The notes beneath the pieces are model-generated. The model worked only from the letters and a program-made list of their open reading frames with translations, had not been told where the DNA came from and ran no database searches. From Candidatus Levyibacteriota bacterium (GTDB lineage Bacteria > Patescibacteriota > Microgenomatia > Levybacterales > GWA1-39-11): 64,000 nt of DNA. The translations under genes and the position numbers were made by a program. The stretch lies in the NCBI GenBank assembly GCA_018062815.1, contig JAGORM010000002.1, forward strand, positions 92,325 to 156,324. The letters run 5' to 3'. Positions 55,073 through 64,000 of this stretch are shown here, piece by piece (position 1 is the stretch's first letter; the number at the start of each line of letters is the position of its first letter).

Positions 55073-56293
55073 ATGCGAAAGCTTTTTCGCGTTTATTTTT
55101 TTATGCATAAGAACAGGAATCTATTAATTATTGCACTTATCGCAATGGTGAACATGTTAGGGTATGGAATAATTATTCCTATTCTCTATGGGTATTCTAA
55201 GAAATACGGATTATCGGATTTTGATAATGGTCTTCTCTTTGCGCTTTTCTCAATTTGTCAGTTTGCTTCAACACCAATTATAGGTCGTTTATCAGATAAG
55301 TATGGTAGACGTCCTTTGCTGATTACTTCAATCTTAGGAACAGTTGCATCTTTTTTTGTCATGGCATTTGCTCCGAACGCTCTGTTTCTGTTTCTTGCCC
55401 GAGCCTTGGATGGTTTAACCGCGGGGAATATTCCGGTTGTATTTGCTGTAATATCAGATTCCACAAAGCCTGAAGACCGCCCGCGGGCGTTTGGTTTGGT
55501 TGGTGCGGCTTTTAGTTTTGGCTTCGTGTTTGGTCCTGCAGTGGCTGCATTTACAGTAGGTTTTGGAGAGGGCGTTCCGTTTATTATTGCCGGAATAGTA
55601 ACGTTAATCGCAGCAATATTAACCATTGTTTTTCTTCCTGAAACAAATAAACATATGGGTGAGGTAAGACATGGAAAATTATTTGATTTTCCTCTAATGT
55701 TAAAAACACTTATAAACCCTGAAGTCGGTCCGACCTTTCTTATTTCGCTTATTTTCTTTCTTGCCTTCTCTTGCTCAATTATTTACGGGTTTCAGCCATT
55801 TGTTTTGAATGTGTTGCACATGTCATCTTCCCAAAACGCTATGCTCTTTACACTTTTTGGTGTCGTTGGGCTAATCACTCAAACGCTTCTGGTTCAGAGG
55901 TTTTCTAAATGGTTAGGAGTGAAGCGTGCATTCATGACGTCGATTGTTTTTACAGCAATTGCGATGCTTATCATGCCATTATTTAATTCAATTAGCATTT
56001 TTATCTTTGCGATGATTATTCTGGGACTTTTTAACAGTATAGTACAGACATTGATCCCTGCAATTTTATCTCAGGAGGCGGATGCAAAATCACAGGGATC
56101 TATAATGGGATTAAATGCTTCATATCAAAGCATTGGGATGATTATAGGTCCGATATTGGGAGGAGTTCTTGCAACAATTGCTATACCTCTCCCTTTTATA
56201 GTGGGTGGGTTATTGGTTATACTATGTTTTTTCCTTTCCTTTAAGGTTATGCAAAAGGGTATGAAGAAAGATTCAGCCTTCAAATCCTCCTAA
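55073..56293 (+). CDS. MFS transporter (drug:H+ antiporter-like)
   Basis: GRLSDKYGRRPLL (MFS motif A) and 12 TM helices. Confidence 0.75.
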   Translation: MRKLFRVYFFMHKNRNLLIIALIAMVNMLGYGIIIPILYGYSKKYGLSDFDNGLLFALFSICQFASTPIIGRLSDKYGRRPLLITSILGTVASFFVMAFAPNALFLFLARALDGLTAGNIPVVFAVISDSTKPEDRPRAFGLVGAAFSFGFVFGPAVAAFTVGFGEGVPFIIAGIVTLIAAILTIVFLPETNKHMGEVRHGKLFDFPLMLKTLINPEVGPTFLISLIFFLAFSCSIIYGFQPFVLNVLHMSSSQNAMLFTLFGVVGLITQTLLVQRFSKWLGVKRAFMTSIVFTAIAMLIMPLFNSISIFIFAMIILGLFNSIVQTLIPAILSQEADAKSQGSIMGLNASYQSIGMIIGPILGGVLATIAIPLPFIVGGLLVILCFFLSFKVMQKGMKKDSAFKSS

Positions 56294-56446
56294 GCCTTAA
56301 GACCTTGGTGCCTGATTTGCTACTTGTGAATATAAAAATTGCTTGATACTCTATATAGAAGCGAGGATTTTTATGTATACACCTCTTGCCGCCACTTATC
56401 TTACAGACAAACCAGGTTTTCATTTTTTATTTTTATTTGAAGGGAG

Positions 56447-56653
56447 GTGACGATAATGAAAGTATTAACAATGGTTGCATTTGTTCTTTTAATAGTAGGC
56501 GGATTGAATTGGGGTCTGGTTGGATTATTTCAATTTGATCTAGTTGCGGCTATATTTGGTGTAGGATCACTTATTTCAAATATAGTGTATATTCTTGTGG
56601 GTCTTTCTGCGGTGTATGTTGCGGTAGTTGTACTACCAAAACAAATGAAGTAA
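56447..56653 (+). CDS. DUF378-family small membrane protein (paralog of 33269..33475)
   Basis: GGLNWGLVGLFQF...YILVGLSAVYVA. An SD gaagggaggtgacg lies upstream. Confidence 0.6.
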   Translation: MTIMKVLTMVAFVLLIVGGLNWGLVGLFQFDLVAAIFGVGSLISNIVYILVGLSAVYVAVVVLPKQMK

Positions 56654-56760
56654 TTGTTACTTCAGTGGCACAAACAATCTTTGTGCCACTCTTAGCAATA
56701 ACTACAAAGCATCTATGTAAAGTGAAAAGTTAATTGCTTAGTTTAAGTCTTGCCCGTCAT

Positions 56761-57153
56761 TTAATTCCCTTTTATATAGAGATATATATTATTCTTATGT
56801 GTCACCTCTTTCCATTCGGGAAGTAAATAATAATTTGTAAGAACTCTTGTTCCAGCTTTTAATTCTTTCATTAATTTTTTTGCCAGAGGTAATAATATAT
56901 CTGGCATGGGGTAGACTGTGACAATATCAAATTTGGATAGATCAGTTTTCCAAAAATCCTCATTAACTATGTTTATTTTTTGATTTACTTTTGCCTGCCT
57001 AGCCAAATCATTTGATTTGTAAATTAAATTCTGATTCAATTCATATCCTGTTACAATCCCACCTTTTTTGGCAAAAGCTATAGATATTCTTCCGTCTCCT
57101 GAACCTAAATCAGCAACTGTTTCACCATGTTTAATAGATGATAGTTCGACCAT
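56761..57153 (-). CDS. small class I SAM-dependent methyltransferase-domain protein
   Basis: VADLGSGDGRISIAFAKKGGIVTGYELN is motif I, followed by an acidic residue. Confidence 0.5.
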   Translation of the reverse strand: MVELSSIKHGETVADLGSGDGRISIAFAKKGGIVTGYELNQNLIYKSNDLARQAKVNQKINIVNEDFWKTDLSKFDIVTVYPMPDILLPLAKKLMKELKAGTRVLTNYYLLPEWKEVTHKNNIYLYIKGN

Positions 57154-57265
57154 TGTTTCAACTTTGTATCTGGAGGTTTCAAAATACGGAATAAGAGGGT
57201 AGGTAGTTATATGTATATTTTACACTATTCGCAACTGATGACATTAGCAGTATAATAAGTGAAAT

Positions 57266-57946
57266 ATGCAAGACAAAAAATATAAATTATCACCTTCGGA
57301 TTTTGGATATTTATGGAACGACTGTAAGCACTGTTACTATCATAAGGTAAAGTATGGAATCGCTTCACCTGGTATCTTTCCGTCAATGTTTGGTCGCATA
57401 AATAAGCTACTCCAAGACTCAATTATGGGTAACAACCTAAACTCTATCCACCCCGACCTTCCTTCAGGCGTTATTTCAGTACAGGAAGGGTTCCTAAGAT
57501 CAACTCCTGTTCCTGGGGCAACAAATTGTTACATTCAGGGAAGATTTGATATCTTAACGCGGTTGGATGATGGTACACATACAGTAATAGATTTTAAAAT
57601 AACTGCACCAGATGAGGAAAAACTACTTGATAAATATTCAAGTCAATTACACGCCTACAAGTTTGCTTTGGAAAATCCTGAGAGAGGTGAGCCTGTACAA
57701 ATCTCAAAATTAGGAATTGTAAGCGTAAATCCGGAAGAAATGGCGCTAAAAAACGGGAAAATAATTTTTACGACAGTGCCCAGATATCACGAAGTTAAGA
57801 CTGATATGAATAAATTTTACTCACTTATTTCAGATATCTCAAAAGTTTTAGACGGAGACAAACCACTTCCCTCTGATTCATGCACTCTTTGTAAATATAG
57901 AGCGTATTTTATAAATTCTGAATCTGAAAGTGATATTCCTTTTTAG
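57266..57946 (+). CDS. PD-(D/E)xK nuclease, Cas4/RecB-like, with four Cys
   Basis: GRFDIL...HTVIDFK (D...D/ExK), QLHAYKFAL (the Q..Y motif), N-terminal CKHC and C-terminal CTLCKY. Confidence 0.45.
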   Translation: MQDKKYKLSPSDFGYLWNDCKHCYYHKVKYGIASPGIFPSMFGRINKLLQDSIMGNNLNSIHPDLPSGVISVQEGFLRSTPVPGATNCYIQGRFDILTRLDDGTHTVIDFKITAPDEEKLLDKYSSQLHAYKFALENPERGEPVQISKLGIVSVNPEEMALKNGKIIFTTVPRYHEVKTDMNKFYSLISDISKVLDGDKPLPSDSCTLCKYRAYFINSESESDIPF

Positions 57947-57949
57947 GTA

Positions 57950-58540
57950 TTACTCATTGAAGGGTTGAATTGATTGAGAACTTTCTACGGTTATAGATTG
58001 TGAGCACGAATCAAACGGACCGGTTATCAAATATTCAGAACTCTGAGTCAGTGCAGTTTTTGAAAAATGGTTTTTAAATACTATTCTTAGAACGGAGTTA
58101 TCGCTTCCTATAAGAACCGTACGATTATTAGTTTTTTCACCTATAAAAGCTTCAAGTAATGGTATATAGGAGAAAAGATTAGGTTTTAGAGAATCTTCGT
58201 AGTTGAGTGTATTAATTTTCCCAATTCTTGTTTGAATCCCTTTTTCGCAAAAAGCTCGCGAGCCGCCCAGAACTCCGAATGTGCCTAGAACAACCGCAAT
58301 TCCCATTACTCCAAGTGAGCCCTTCAGGGTAAAGGAAAATGCTTTCTGTTGTTTGATTTCTTCCAGTAGTTTTGTGATCTTACGCAGAGGGTTTCCAATA
58401 TGTATATCTATTAGCTCGTCATCTTGTGCCTTTCGTACACGAGAATTATCATGAAGAAGAGACATAAGAGGATTTGACCTTTTTTCAGTCACAGTTTCTT
58501 GTGGTTTATCTTTTTCGTTTTGAGGTGATGCTTCAACCAT
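57950..58540 (-). CDS. hypothetical membrane-anchored protein
   Basis: One internal TM (LGVMGIAVVLGTFGVLGG). Confidence 0.3.
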   Translation of the reverse strand: MVEASPQNEKDKPQETVTEKRSNPLMSLLHDNSRVRKAQDDELIDIHIGNPLRKITKLLEEIKQQKAFSFTLKGSLGVMGIAVVLGTFGVLGGSRAFCEKGIQTRIGKINTLNYEDSLKPNLFSYIPLLEAFIGEKTNNRTVLIGSDNSVLRIVFKNHFSKTALTQSSEYLITGPFDSCSQSITVESSQSIQPFNE

Positions 58541-58703
58541 GAAAGTATAACTATATTTAGAATAATAAAAAAAATACAGGTAATCAACTGGCAGAAGTGG
58601 GAATTTATGTGTGTAATGAAAAACTTTATTTAGTTTAAGTTATTCGGAAATAACAAAATAATATCACGTTCTAAGTACGGAACCTACCATGTTGATCCAA
58701 TTT

Positions 58704-58928
58704 TTATTTTGTACTGAGAAGTTCAGACAGTTCTATTTTTAAGACCTCAGAAATTTTTATTAAAAGTTTGAGAGAGGGGTAGTATCTACCTTGCTCAATA
58801 TATCCCATATAGCTTCTGCTGATCCCTAGTTGAATCGCAAAATCTTTTTGGGTAAGATTATTTTTTTTTCTAAGCATTTGGATTTTAAGCCCTAATGTTT
58901 TAAGTGTGTTATTTTGAGTAAGTTTCAT
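58704..58928 (-). CDS. XRE-family helix-turn-helix transcriptional regulator
   Basis: LTQKDFAIQLGISRSYMGYIEQGRYYPSLKLLIKISEVL. Confidence 0.7.
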   Translation of the reverse strand: MKLTQNNTLKTLGLKIQMLRKKNNLTQKDFAIQLGISRSYMGYIEQGRYYPSLKLLIKISEVLKIELSELLSTK

Positions 58929-59226
58929 GTTTTCCTAATACGATTGTCTATTTTACTAAAAGGAGGCTTGAAAAGTAAACATGTATTAATAGCGTAGTAA
59001 ACGCTTGACTTGAATGCTTATATATACTAAGCTTTTTATTAGTATTATTTAGATATTCCATGAATGGGTAAATATTATTCTGGTTATGTCTAGGTTATTT
59101 ACGTTTGGAAGCTAAAAATAAATTTACTTCTGATGCGTTACAGCTGAATACCTTAAGTTTATTTTTAAGGGTTTTAATAAAAGGCTGTACCAGGAGAGAT
59201 AAGCATCGCGCATTAAAAACTTTTTC

Positions 59227-61050
59227 ATGAAGTTAAAAACGCAATTATTTCTTATAACAGTTTTTTTTATAACTCTTGCTTTTATTATTGGACTCATCTT
59301 CATTTTAAGTATGCAGCAAGTTTCTAATTCGGCAAAGCAGGGTCAAAAAACCTACATGTTAATAAGAAACATTCTCTGGAGCAGTAAGATATTAAGTAGC
59401 TACAGTTTGTATCATGAGGATAGATTTAGGGCGCAATGGGAATCAAAGCACCATTCTATTGAGCTTTTAACAAATTCGGTATTGCCTGGTTATACTAGTT
59501 CTTGGGATAAACAGGTATTAAAAGATCTTCAAGAAAAAAATACAATCTCAGGTGAAATGTTTATCAATTTAGTTAATGCGTACAAAGTTGGCTCTTCTCA
59601 GGCTAAGAAAGACCAGCTAGAAAATAGTCTAATCGCAATTTCTCAGGATATGCTAGATTCTGGCATAATGTTGTCAGACAGTAACATCGGAAAGACTGAG
59701 AAAATACTTAATATCTATAATCTTTTAATTACAGCACTACTGGCTATTTTTACACTTGCTTCCTTAGTTTTTATATTCGTTATTTTTAAAAGTTTTATTC
59801 GCCCCATGTCCAAGCTTCAAAAAGGAATTGAGACCATTACAAGCGGAAATCTTGACTATAGACTTGATATCAAAAGTCATGATGAGATAGGGCAACTTGC
59901 AGCCGCGTTTAATAAAATGGCTAAAAATTTGAAAGAATCAAATGAGAAAACATTATTAAATAGTCGGGACTTGAAAAAATTTAAAATGGCTGTTGAATTC
60001 GCCTCTGATCAAATTGTTATTACAGACAAAGCGGGTACTGTAGTTTATGCAAATAAAGCGACAGAAAAAATAACCGGGTATAGTGTTGATAAGGCAATGG
60101 GAAAAAAAGCAGGAGTCTTGTGGGGAGGACAAATGGAAAAAGCTTTTTATATGAACATGTGGAAAGCTATAAATGAAAAAAAGGATTTTGAAGCTGAAAT
60201 AACAAACAAGAGAGTAAACGGCGAGAAATACATAACTGAGATTCATATATCCCCGGTACTTGATGACGTAGCAAACATTCTATTCTTTGTTTCCATAGAA
60301 CGTGATATTACAAAAATAAAGGAGATAGATAGAATGAAATCAGAGTTTATTTCGCTCGCCTCTCATCAATTGAGGACACCTCTTGGGATTTCTAAATGGT
60401 ATTTAGAGGTAATACAAAAAGATGCTTCTTTTAAAAAATTGCCAAAAATTGAGAGAGAATATATAGCTGAAATATATACAAGTAATGAGCGTTTGCTAAG
60501 TCTTGTACGGGAATTACTTTCTGTTTCTCGTATTGATCAGGATAGAGTAAAAAATAATCCTCAGAAAGCCAGCATTTTAGAACTTACAAAAAATGTAGTA
60601 AAAGAGATGAATGTATTAGCCAAAAAAAAGAACATAAAGCTTGATTTGGCAATAAAATCTACAGATATTCCGCTTTTCAATATTGATTTAGAAAGGCTGC
60701 ATGAAACAATTGAAAACCTTATCGCAAATGCTCTACAGTACACTCCGGATCAGGGAAGGGTCAATGTAACTATTGATAGGTACATGAATAAATGGGTAAG
60801 CATTTCCGTACAGGACTCAGGAATTGGTATTTCTCAAGCAGATCAGAAAAAGTTGTTTTCAAAATTTTTTCGTACTGAAAATGGTTCATTAAAAAATACT
60901 TCCGGATCCGGGCTTGGGCTGTATATTGTAAAGTCATATGTTGAAGAATGGGGTGGGAAGATAATAGTTGAGAGTACTGAGGGGAAAGGTTCAACGTTTA
61001 TTGTTAGGTTACCCTTTAATATAAGTAAAAAAAATCACACAGCAACATAG
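59227..61050 (+). CDS. sensor histidine kinase (2 TM with a periplasmic domain, HAMP, PAS, HisKA, HATPase)
   Basis: HAMP reads IGQLAAAFNKMAKNL. PAS reads FASDQIVITDKAGTVVYANKATEKITGY. The H-box reads SEFISLASHQLRTPL. The G-boxes read DSGIGI...GSGLGLYIV. Confidence 0.85.
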   Translation: MKLKTQLFLITVFFITLAFIIGLIFILSMQQVSNSAKQGQKTYMLIRNILWSSKILSSYSLYHEDRFRAQWESKHHSIELLTNSVLPGYTSSWDKQVLKDLQEKNTISGEMFINLVNAYKVGSSQAKKDQLENSLIAISQDMLDSGIMLSDSNIGKTEKILNIYNLLITALLAIFTLASLVFIFVIFKSFIRPMSKLQKGIETITSGNLDYRLDIKSHDEIGQLAAAFNKMAKNLKESNEKTLLNSRDLKKFKMAVEFASDQIVITDKAGTVVYANKATEKITGYSVDKAMGKKAGVLWGGQMEKAFYMNMWKAINEKKDFEAEITNKRVNGEKYITEIHISPVLDDVANILFFVSIERDITKIKEIDRMKSEFISLASHQLRTPLGISKWYLEVIQKDASFKKLPKIEREYIAEIYTSNERLLSLVRELLSVSRIDQDRVKNNPQKASILELTKNVVKEMNVLAKKKNIKLDLAIKSTDIPLFNIDLERLHETIENLIANALQYTPDQGRVNVTIDRYMNKWVSISVQDSGIGISQADQKKLFSKFFRTENGSLKNTSGSGLGLYIVKSYVEEWGGKIIVESTEGKGSTFIVRLPFNISKKNHTAT

Positions 61051-61080
61051 ACTAGAGTTGCCTTGCAGCGCAATATATAG

Positions 61081-61452
61081 ATGAAAAAAATACTGATCAT
61101 TGAAGATGAGGAAGCATACAGAAGAATTATTTATGATCAACTCATAAAGAATGGATATGAGGTTATCGTAGCCGTTGATGGAGAAGAGGGATTAAGAATG
61201 GCATTGAAAGACAAACCAAATCTTATACTCCTTGATCTTATGATGCCTAAATTAGAAGGTTTAAAAATGTTAAATAATTTAAACAGATTTAAAGAAGGTC
61301 TTTCTATACCTGTATTTATACTTACTAATGTGAATGATTCAAATATAACTACTGAGGCTATGTACAGTCATGCAAGTAAATATTTCGTAAAGTCAGATAC
61401 GAAAATAGAAGATTTACTAGGGAATATAAATACATATTTAAAAGGGGGGTGA
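61081..61452 (+). CDS. standalone response-regulator receiver domain protein
   Basis: ILIIEDE...LILLDLMMPKLEG...FILTN. Confidence 0.75.
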   Translation: MKKILIIEDEEAYRRIIYDQLIKNGYEVIVAVDGEEGLRMALKDKPNLILLDLMMPKLEGLKMLNNLNRFKEGLSIPVFILTNVNDSNITTEAMYSHASKYFVKSDTKIEDLLGNINTYLKGG

Positions 61453-61826
61453 TGAAAATAAAAAAAATACTAATTGTTGAAGATGAACCATCATATTCTA
61501 AATTACTTCATGAGGAGTTAGGGAGTAGCGGATATAAAATTATTGAAGCAACTAACGGAAAAGATGGTTTACTTGTGGCAAACGCTGAATTTCCAGATCT
61601 TATAATTCTTGATATAAAAATGCCCGTAATGAATGGTATGGATATGTTATCCGAAATAAGAAAAAGTGAATACGGCAAATCAGTAAAGGCGATTGTTTTA
61701 ACGAATCTGGAGCCGGATGATGAGATTATCCAAAAAGTAGTAAAGGATAAACCCACATATTATTTGATAAAAAGCGACATCCAGCTAAATCAGCTTATCG
61801 AAAAAATAAAAGAAACACTTAAATAA
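61449..61826 (+). CDS. standalone response-regulator receiver domain protein
   Basis: ILIVEDEP...LIILDIKMPVMNG...IVLTN. It overlaps the previous gene by 4 bp. Confidence 0.75.
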   Translation: MMKIKKILIVEDEPSYSKLLHEELGSSGYKIIEATNGKDGLLVANAEFPDLIILDIKMPVMNGMDMLSEIRKSEYGKSVKAIVLTNLEPDDEIIQKVVKDKPTYYLIKSDIQLNQLIEKIKETLK

Positions 61827-61874
61827 TTTTTAAGGCTGAAAACCACAATATATTGCCAAAATTCATGCGGAGGC

Positions 61875-62822
61875 TTAAAAGAGGTCTTTGGTAAGTTCAG
61901 TTAAAGAAAATTCTACCTCAAAAGTGGTTCTGTCACCAACATTTACATATAATGACAACGTGTCTTTTTCCTCTTTTTTTATAAGTCCACCACAGGAATA
62001 TATAACGCGTCTTTCTTCTGGATGCAACTCCTCTATAAGCGGAGTACCATCCTTGTTTAGAAAATTATCCGGAGTTAGTATGGGGTCGGGAGCTACCACA
62101 ACTTTAAATTGATTTTCTTGTCTAATTAATTTTGCGCGTCCTATGCTATATACATACTTTTCTGACCCGTCAATTATTTTTTTTGATATACCGTGGATTA
62201 TAAAAAGTGCTTCATGTGGGGTAATCCATAGTGGAGGCATAGTAGTACCTATTCTCCACATCGCCCAGGGTAAGTTAACAGGAAAGACAATATCACCGAG
62301 TTTTTCTGGCACTTGTGAATGGAGAGAGAAAGCTAAGAGCTTGTGATAATAATCTTCTGATTCAGGGCGAAAAAGGTAAGTAGTGTTATCAATCGGAGTT
62401 AAATTTTTCCCTGGACCAAAAGTTCCTATAAAAAGAAACGGAGGAAGCTCCTGTTTCCAGGATTGTAGGGAATCTATTTTGACAATTGCCGGAAATGGTA
62501 CTGGTTTTCCTGTTTTGCTTCTTAAAACAGAAGTGAGCCCTATGAGTAAATTACCATTGCTTAGGAGGAGGGCACGTGGATCTTCTAAGCTAATATTATC
62601 ATATAACGGTTTCCATATTATACGTTCATGAATATTTGCTCCGTATTGATCTATCTCAAACAGTTTTAGAATTCCAGTATCAGGTTCACCATTTTCCCCG
62701 GGTGTTGTTACTTCACGACCTATAAAACAGACAGAATTATCATCTGTTTTTTGCCATACAGCCAAATTGTAACGCGCTACGTCTATATTTGGAAAGATAT
62801 ATTTTATTTGTTTAATTTTCAT
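61875..62822 (-). CDS. hypothetical protein, possibly a beta-propeller glycosidase/phosphorylase-like fold
   Basis: No confident motif. It is co-oriented and overlapping with the downstream glycosidase-like gene. Confidence 0.3.
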   Translation of the reverse strand: MKIKQIKYIFPNIDVARYNLAVWQKTDDNSVCFIGREVTTPGENGEPDTGILKLFEIDQYGANIHERIIWKPLYDNISLEDPRALLLSNGNLLIGLTSVLRSKTGKPVPFPAIVKIDSLQSWKQELPPFLFIGTFGPGKNLTPIDNTTYLFRPESEDYYHKLLAFSLHSQVPEKLGDIVFPVNLPWAMWRIGTTMPPLWITPHEALFIIHGISKKIIDGSEKYVYSIGRAKLIRQENQFKVVVAPDPILTPDNFLNKDGTPLIEELHPEERRVIYSCGGLIKKEEKDTLSLYVNVGDRTTFEVEFSLTELTKDLF

Positions 62823-63969
62823 TTAATTGTGTAATTATAATACTTGACATTAAATATGATACCTGCGATTCCGCTCCTTGATTAAGATTGACACGATCCG
62901 GGTGTAAACCGTCGTAGCAACCCCCATTTGTATAATCATATAGTGCTTTTTTTAAACTGTTATTACCCAAAAACCAACTAAAGCAGATATTAGCTAATTT
63001 CCTATAATTGTCCTTTCCAGTGTAACGGTATGCACTTGCTAACGCAAGAATCATTGATGCTGGATCTTCCGGTTGTTGGTCATAGCTGCTTCTTTTCTCT
63101 TTATTTTTATACCAATGTGTGTGTCCAATTGGTATGTATGTTTTAGAAAATGTTTTGCTAATAAGAAATTGTAAGCTTAACACTCCTTGAATGCCATATT
63201 TTTCATTTTTTAATGTTTCCGAGGCTATAATAAGACTTTCGGGGAGGAGTGCATTGTTATAGTTTAAGTCATGTTCAAACCATCTCCAAGACTTAATAGA
63301 GTTTTTTGCCAATGCGTGGAGTAAGGAATCTGCATGTTCCTTTATTTTTGCTTTGAGTAGAGGCTGCATTTCAGGAAGAACCGTTAAAGCCAGGGAGAAA
63401 GATTTTATTGCCAATGCTTTTGCGCGTAGATGGGTGAGTTTTATGTCTTGTTTCAGATTAAGAAGAAAAATTCTTTTCGCCTCTTGTCTTATCCCTGGTG
63501 AGATATTTTTGTTTGTCATTATTTCAGATAATCCCCATAAGGCACGCATTTGTGCATCTTCTAAATCTTCTATGCCGTTTTGTTTAGTAGGTGTTTTATC
63601 ACCAAATTCAACATAATTCATGAATGATCCGTCTTTTTGTTGACAATTCTTAATAAATGTAAGATATACTTTCAGTAGCCTTTTCACTTTATTTGTATAG
63701 CCAATTTTAATCAGCCAACTGCAGACTATAAGTGCGCGCGTATTGTCATCTAATGTGTAGCCAAAATCTTTATCCGGATCTGAAAAGCGTGCAAACTGGA
63801 ATAAGCCAAAATTATCCGTCATATGTATGAGATGGTCTAGTTTTATAGGAGGTATAGATAATTTTCCAAGAAGTGACAAATATTCACGTGCTACATTACT
63901 CCACATCATGCTGCGCGTATTTTTATAAGCATTTTTGTGCATTCGCAAAAGTCTCTTCTTGTCTCCCAA
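62812..63969 (-). CDS. putative six-hairpin (alpha/alpha)6 glycoside-hydrolase-like protein; the N-terminal limit is uncertain near the window edge
   Basis: Trp/Tyr/Asp-rich helical repeats (YTLDDNTRALIV..., DAQMRALWGL...). The family is not identified. Confidence 0.3.
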   Translation of the reverse strand: MGDKKRLLRMHKNAYKNTRSMMWSNVAREYLSLLGKLSIPPIKLDHLIHMTDNFGLFQFARFSDPDKDFGYTLDDNTRALIVCSWLIKIGYTNKVKRLLKVYLTFIKNCQQKDGSFMNYVEFGDKTPTKQNGIEDLEDAQMRALWGLSEIMTNKNISPGIRQEAKRIFLLNLKQDIKLTHLRAKALAIKSFSLALTVLPEMQPLLKAKIKEHADSLLHALAKNSIKSWRWFEHDLNYNNALLPESLIIASETLKNEKYGIQGVLSLQFLISKTFSKTYIPIGHTHWYKNKEKRSSYDQQPEDPASMILALASAYRYTGKDNYRKLANICFSWFLGNNSLKKALYDYTNGGCYDGLHPDRVNLNQGAESQVSYLMSSIIITQLNEN

Positions 63970-64000
63970 CAGGTTAAGTATTGCACTTGTTAATGCAGGA

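Noticed and set aside
58929-59226. 300-bp ORF-free region upstream of the histidine kinase as a possible ncRNA (SRP/6S/RNase P)
   Set aside because: No conserved ncRNA motifs recognised by eye. It is AT-rich and most likely divergent promoter space for the XRE and HK genes.
1-64000. CRISPR arrays, transposases, integrases, phage genes
   Set aside because: No regularly spaced direct repeats, no DDE/tyrosine recombinase-like ORFs and no phage structural genes were seen anywhere in the window. The only repeats are in-frame linker-encoding tandem repeats.

Overview
This is an AT-rich, gene-dense bacterial chromosomal fragment with the hallmarks of a Candidate Phyla Radiation (Microgenomates/Parcubacteria-like) genome. 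The main calls are listed here.

- **rRNA and tRNAs.** A partial 16S rRNA 3' end lies at 1..516 with an AT-rich insertion at the tip of helix 44. It is not followed by a 23S. Two tRNAs sit on the opposite strand: Cys-GCA and Ile-GAU.
- **Surface proteins.** There are many secreted Pro/Thr-rich proteins. One carries a dockerin-like C-terminus. Two small proteins have cohesin-like folds.
- **Adhesion cluster.** A metzincin-type protease, a TadE-like pilin-like protein and a TadG-like vWA protein sit together on the minus strand.
- **Housekeeping genes.** These include a consolidated thymidylate/folate island (dcd, tmk, a second dcd/dut-family gene, HAD, thyA, Nudix, folA, with glyA nearby). Also present are rpsB, tsf, rseP, frr, recR, purB and dus.
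- **Signalling.** There is one histidine kinase and four standalone receiver-only proteins.
- **DNA metabolism.** A type IB topoisomerase is flanked by divergent paralogous secreted-protein genes and a triple zinc-ribbon protein. A Cas4-like nuclease and an AlkD-like repair enzyme are also present.

No CRISPR array, transposase or integrase was seen. The most system-like novelties are the cohesin/dockerin-like surface module and the pilin-signal/vWA/metzincin cluster. All function calls rest on motif recognition by eye and carry no computed score.
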